Origin: Candidatus Bathyarchaeota archaeon
GTDB lineage: Archaea > Thermoproteota > Bathyarchaeia > Bathyarchaeales > Bathycorpusculaceae
Direction: 5' to 3'
NCBI GenBank assembly: GCA_963772455.1
Contig: CAVYXJ010000007.1
Span: forward strand, 224,001 to 288,000
Length of the DNA: 64,000 bases
This document shows, one piece after another, positions 60,081 through 64,000 of this stretch (position 1 is the stretch's first letter; each line of letters starts with the position of its first letter). The notes beneath the pieces were generated by a model. The model was not told the DNA's origin and did no database searches. It saw only the letters and a program-made list of their open reading frames with translations. The translations under genes and the position numbers were made by a program.

Positions 60081-61001
60081 TTAGAAGAGCTTTTCCCAAC
60101 TTGTTACGAAGTCGAGAACTTCTTGACCTTGCTTTCCGCCGTAGCTAACTAATCGTTCGCGAACATCTTTTTGAGCGATTGCTGCTTTTTGGAATTCTTG
60201 CATTTGAGCTGCTTTGTCGGTGAGGTATAGTAGTCCATCTACTCCTGCGCGTGCCATACGAACTGATACTGTTAAGAGTTCAGCTGGGGTTGGTGTTTCT
60301 TTTGGATCATCGCCGGGGCCGATAACGTAGAGTGCGATGTTGAGTGGGACGTCTTTGAATAGTTTTTTGAAGTTGCGTGTAAGTGTTTCGTTATACCATG
60401 GAGTTGCATAGTTTTTGTTGAACATGACAACGAGGAATTCGTCGGTTAATGGTGCGAGGTCGTCGAAGTTTACTCCGAAGCGTTCATAGTTTGTAACTGG
60501 GTCTGGAAGGACACCGATAACGAATTTTTTCTTTGCTCTGTTACGTACGCGGTCGCTTACTTGTGCCATGTATTCAGTGACTTCTTTTCGTCTCCATTCA
60601 TACCAGCTTAAGCCGCTTTTCTTCCATAGATCTTTGCAGCGTGGGCATGTGCAATGGCCGTGTTCTGCGAAGTGGATGCTGTTTAGCCAGATTCCTTGGC
60701 TTTTGCGTGCGACATCTTCGATGTAGTCTAGTTGTTCTGCGCGGTGTTCTGGTTGTGTTGCACAGAGGACTTCCCAGCGAACATTAAAATTGTCGTTGGT
60801 TCTCCATGCGGGGCCTAAATCGGATTGACTGATCCAGTCTGGGTGTATGCGGGCGGTTACGTTGTCTCCGAAAATTGCGATGTTGCTGTGCATGTCAGCC
60901 TTTGGTGGCATTCGTCTGCCTACTTCGGGTTTTACTCGGAAAAGGTCATAGTCGAAGCCTGGAACTTTCTTTGCTTCAAACATGTATGTGCCGAATTTCA
61001 T
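60081..61001 (-). CDS. Hypothetical protein, putative glycoside hydrolase-like TIM barrel with CxCxxC
   Basis: HPDW, LCATQPEHR, GIWLN, HCTCPRC, EWRRKEVT, ERFGVNF. Confidence 0.55.
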   Translation of the reverse strand: MKFGTYMFEAKKVPGFDYDLFRVKPEVGRRMPPKADMHSNIAIFGDNVTARIHPDWISQSDLGPAWRTNDNFNVRWEVLCATQPEHRAEQLDYIEDVARKSQGIWLNSIHFAEHGHCTCPRCKDLWKKSGLSWYEWRRKEVTEYMAQVSDRVRNRAKKKFVIGVLPDPVTNYERFGVNFDDLAPLTDEFLVVMFNKNYATPWYNETLTRNFKKLFKDVPLNIALYVIGPGDDPKETPTPAELLTVSVRMARAGVDGLLYLTDKAAQMQEFQKAAIAQKDVRERLVSYGGKQGQEVLDFVTSWEKLF

Positions 61002-61283
61002 CTTGATTCTACCTTTTTAGACTCAAAACGTTCGGCGCGGTTATAAAGTTTTGCGTAATAAGTCAAAAATTGTTTGAAAACAGAAAAATGCAATTGAGAT
61101 GATTACCTATGATGGAAGACACAATGTAATTGGAAGTTTTTTTAAGCTGCATATTTCATTTATTTCTCAGGATCTATGTATGACGAAATGACTAAGTGAA
61201 TACTTCTAACTTTCAGTTTTTATCTGCACAAACTTTTTAGGGCATGGCTGCTTTCGCAACCTTGAGTAATTATCCAAACTAAG

Positions 61284-63905
61284 TTGGGTTTAGGTGCTGT
61301 CTTGAGTCAAGCGCATTCAAAAAATCCTCAGGAACTGATTCGTTCATTGGACGTTAACCCTGATAAGGGCTTAACAGATCAGAAGGCAGCAGAACGACTA
61401 AACCAATACGGGAAAAACAGTCTTGTAGAAGAAAAAGAAATCCATTTCTTAGCTATACTCCGTGAAGAAATTACAGAACCCATGATTCTTTTACTCATAG
61501 CTGTAGGAATTATCTATAGCATCCTTGGTAGTTTAACTGACGCATTAACAATCATTGTAATAATCATTATTCTTGTTTTGTCTGAAGTCTGGAACGAGTA
61601 CAGAGCTAAACGTTCCATTTCTGCCTTGAAGCAACTTGCACCGCCAACCACACTTGTACTTAGGAACGGTCAACTAATTGAGATTCAAACGGCTTTCTTG
61701 GTTCCAGGGGACATTCTACTTTTAAAAGTGGGACAAAGGATTTCAGCTGATTCTCGAATTCTTGAGAGCTTCGGCTTAGAAGTTGACGAGTCCTCGTTAA
61801 CTGGAGAGTCCTTCCCAGCAACCAAAGATGCCGCTTCAATGTTACCCGATGAAACCAGAATTGTAGATCAAACTAACATGCTTTTTGCAGGAACGGTAAT
61901 TACCCGAGGAAGAGCAAAAGCAATCGTAGTTGCAACGGGTTTACAGACTGAACTTGGAAGAGTCGCTGGTATCACCAAATCCGCAAAAGAACCCAAAACC
62001 TCTCTTCAACTTGCGATGAAACAGCTTTCCAAAACGCTTGTTTGGGTAGCCCTATTCTTCGCCATACTCATTCCTGTATTAAGTTATATTCGAGGTTTGC
62101 AGCCAAACCCCGCAGAAGCAGTTCTTTATGGGTTGTCTTTAGCATTCGTTGTCATTCCAGAAGAATTACCCATTATAATCACTATGGTTTTGGGTGTCGG
62201 CAGCTATGCCCTATCCCGCAAAGGAGCCATAGTGAAACGTTTACGCGCTGCAGAGACTCTTGGAACAGTCACAGTCATAGCCACAGACAAGACAGGCACA
62301 ATTACAGAAAACAAGATGCGAGTTGAGCATTTCTATTTTGATGGAGCAGTGCGCTCGATTGGTGAGTTTGGAGAAAATGAAAAAGCTGCCTTGAGAACTG
62401 CGCTTCTGGCAAGCGATGCCATTCGTGACATCAATACTTCTGTTTTGGGAAATCCAATGGCACAGGCAATCATGCAACTTCTTAAGCATGACAACATCGA
62501 TGTTAAAGCGCTTTCAAAAGATTGGATATTAAAAGACGAGTTAAGTTTTGACGTTAAACGAAAACTCGCTTCTTATGTTTACCAGTTTGGTAAATCTCAG
62601 ATTGCACTTTCCAGCGGTGCACCTGAGAAAATTCTAGAAAGTTCCGGTAAGATACTTCTCCGTGGGGAAGAGGTTCCGCTTAATGATACCATACGAGTGG
62701 AAGTCTTCAGCACCATTGCCCAGATGGCTCATGATGGCGAACGTCTTATGGCTTTTGGGTATCACCGATTGTCCGCTGATTCTGCAAAGGAAAGCATTGA
62801 AAAAGACATAGTTTTTGTCGGTATAATTGGCTTTATTGATCCGCCGCGTAGCGAAGTCAGGAGCGCCATTCGTGCTTGCCAAGAAGCAGGAATCAGAGTC
62901 ATAATGATAACAGGTGATCATCCTGAAACTGCTAAAGCAATAGCTAGTCAAGTAGGCATTAACAGCTCTAAAGTTTTAACGGGTCTTGAAATTGCCAAGA
63001 TGCCGGATGATGTTCTAAAAGAAATATTGAAGCAAATTTACGTGTTTGCTCGAGTAACTCCTGAAGATAAGCTGCGTCTTATCAAATTGCTTAAGGAGAA
63101 TGGCGAAGTTGTAGCAGTAACTGGTGATGGCATTAATGATGCTCCAGCTCTCAAAGAAGCTCATATCGGAATAGCAATGGGAATTCGCGGAACTGATGTA
63201 GCTAAAGAAGCAGCTAGTATGATACTTACTGATGATAACTTTGCCACGATTGAAACCGCGGTTAAGGAAGGTCGCAGATTATTTGGCAACCTACGCAAAG
63301 GAATTCGTTATTACCTTGCATGCAAAGTGGCACTAGTCTCTATCTTTCTTGTCCCAATCATCCTTGGGATTCCTTTGCCTTTTGCTCCAATACAAATTAT
63401 AGTTCTGGAACTTTTCATGGATTTAGCCGCCTCCGCAACCTTCGTTGCTGAACCCGAAGAAATTGGATCGATGAAAAGACCGCCAATAAACCCAAAAGAA
63501 AAATTCCTCAATAAAAAGATGCTAAGAACACTATTTTTAGGAGCTTTAGGACTATTCATAGCTGTCACAGCAACATACCTATTTTCTTGGTATACTACCT
63601 TTGACATAACCTATGCTAGAACCGTAGCATTCGCGACTTGGATGTTGGGACATATTTTCCTCGCATTAAACTTCCGCTCCGAACGCGAGTCAATAATTAA
63701 GGAAGGACTACTATCAAACAAAGTCATGCTTCTATGGGCACTGTTGGTTTCAGTGACTTTGATTGCTGGAACTTCGTTAGCTCCTATTCAAGTAGCACTG
63801 CAAATCACAAGCTTAAATCTTAGTGACTGGCCTTTGATAATCGTTGTTTCATTTGCAGCCACCTTTTGGATGGAACTTGAGAAAATACTAAAGAAAAGCA
63901 CCTAG
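61284..63905 (+). CDS. Cation-transporting P-type ATPase (type IIA, Ca2+-like)
   Basis: LTGES, IPEELP, DKTGT, DPPR, TGD, GDGINDAPAL. Confidence 0.95.
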   Translation: MGLGAVLSQAHSKNPQELIRSLDVNPDKGLTDQKAAERLNQYGKNSLVEEKEIHFLAILREEITEPMILLLIAVGIIYSILGSLTDALTIIVIIIILVLSEVWNEYRAKRSISALKQLAPPTTLVLRNGQLIEIQTAFLVPGDILLLKVGQRISADSRILESFGLEVDESSLTGESFPATKDAASMLPDETRIVDQTNMLFAGTVITRGRAKAIVVATGLQTELGRVAGITKSAKEPKTSLQLAMKQLSKTLVWVALFFAILIPVLSYIRGLQPNPAEAVLYGLSLAFVVIPEELPIIITMVLGVGSYALSRKGAIVKRLRAAETLGTVTVIATDKTGTITENKMRVEHFYFDGAVRSIGEFGENEKAALRTALLASDAIRDINTSVLGNPMAQAIMQLLKHDNIDVKALSKDWILKDELSFDVKRKLASYVYQFGKSQIALSSGAPEKILESSGKILLRGEEVPLNDTIRVEVFSTIAQMAHDGERLMAFGYHRLSADSAKESIEKDIVFVGIIGFIDPPRSEVRSAIRACQEAGIRVIMITGDHPETAKAIASQVGINSSKVLTGLEIAKMPDDVLKEILKQIYVFARVTPEDKLRLIKLLKENGEVVAVTGDGINDAPALKEAHIGIAMGIRGTDVAKEAASMILTDDNFATIETAVKEGRRLFGNLRKGIRYYLACKVALVSIFLVPIILGIPLPFAPIQIIVLELFMDLAASATFVAEPEEIGSMKRPPINPKEKFLNKKMLRTLFLGALGLFIAVTATYLFSWYTTFDITYARTVAFATWMLGHIFLALNFRSERESIIKEGLLSNKVMLLWALLVSVTLIAGTSLAPIQVALQITSLNLSDWPLIIVVSFAATFWMELEKILKKST

Positions 63906-64000
63906 CTTTTTAACTCAAACAACATATCAGAGTGCAATGGGAGAGGTTGACTTATGCCTATAAAATATTTTGAGGCTCCAGAAATCAAAAAACAGGTAGA

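Noticed and set aside
1-64000. CRISPR array or cas operon, prompted by the Cas4-like nuclease domain
   Set aside because: No regularly spaced direct repeats or cas genes were seen; the Cas4-like domain is part of a Dna2-like fusion

Overview
Archaeal chromosomal window, most likely Bathyarchaeia. This is inferred from Alba, the LysW amino-carrier pathway, an archaeal-type tRNA without encoded CCA, frequent TTG/GTG starts, and a PQQ-like beta-propeller surface protein ending in a TM segment plus LRKRP. Housekeeping content: argG (partial), an ACT regulator with thrC-hom-aspartate kinase, lysW-lysX-lysY-lysZ-lysJ-lysK with divergent lysM, rpiA, Alba, Mrp/NBP35, threonine dehydratase, tRNA-Ala(UGC), a group 3b [NiFe] sulfhydrogenase-type operon with fused beta/gamma subunits, and a P-type ATPase. 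An accessory stretch (about 5.7-30.7 kb) carries a Pat-type acetyltransferase, a membrane-anchored multicopper oxidase preceded by an unannotated acidic Cys-rich micro-ORF, several nuclease/helicase genes (two with eroded catalytic motifs) and a surface protein. The strongest candidate for an undescribed system is the coupled three-gene operon at 40760-44107. It encodes a Zn-ribbon membrane protein, then a roughly 545-aa single-pass membrane protein ending in a 10-Cys tail (CVCACHACACACACVSCACACAGGGGH), then a radical SAM/SPASM enzyme with a PqqD/RRE-like N-terminus. This suggests RiPP-like modification of a membrane protein's tail rather than of a small precursor peptide. Several genes are split by single-base indels that look like long-read errors. 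All family calls come from motif recognition by eye; no database search was run.
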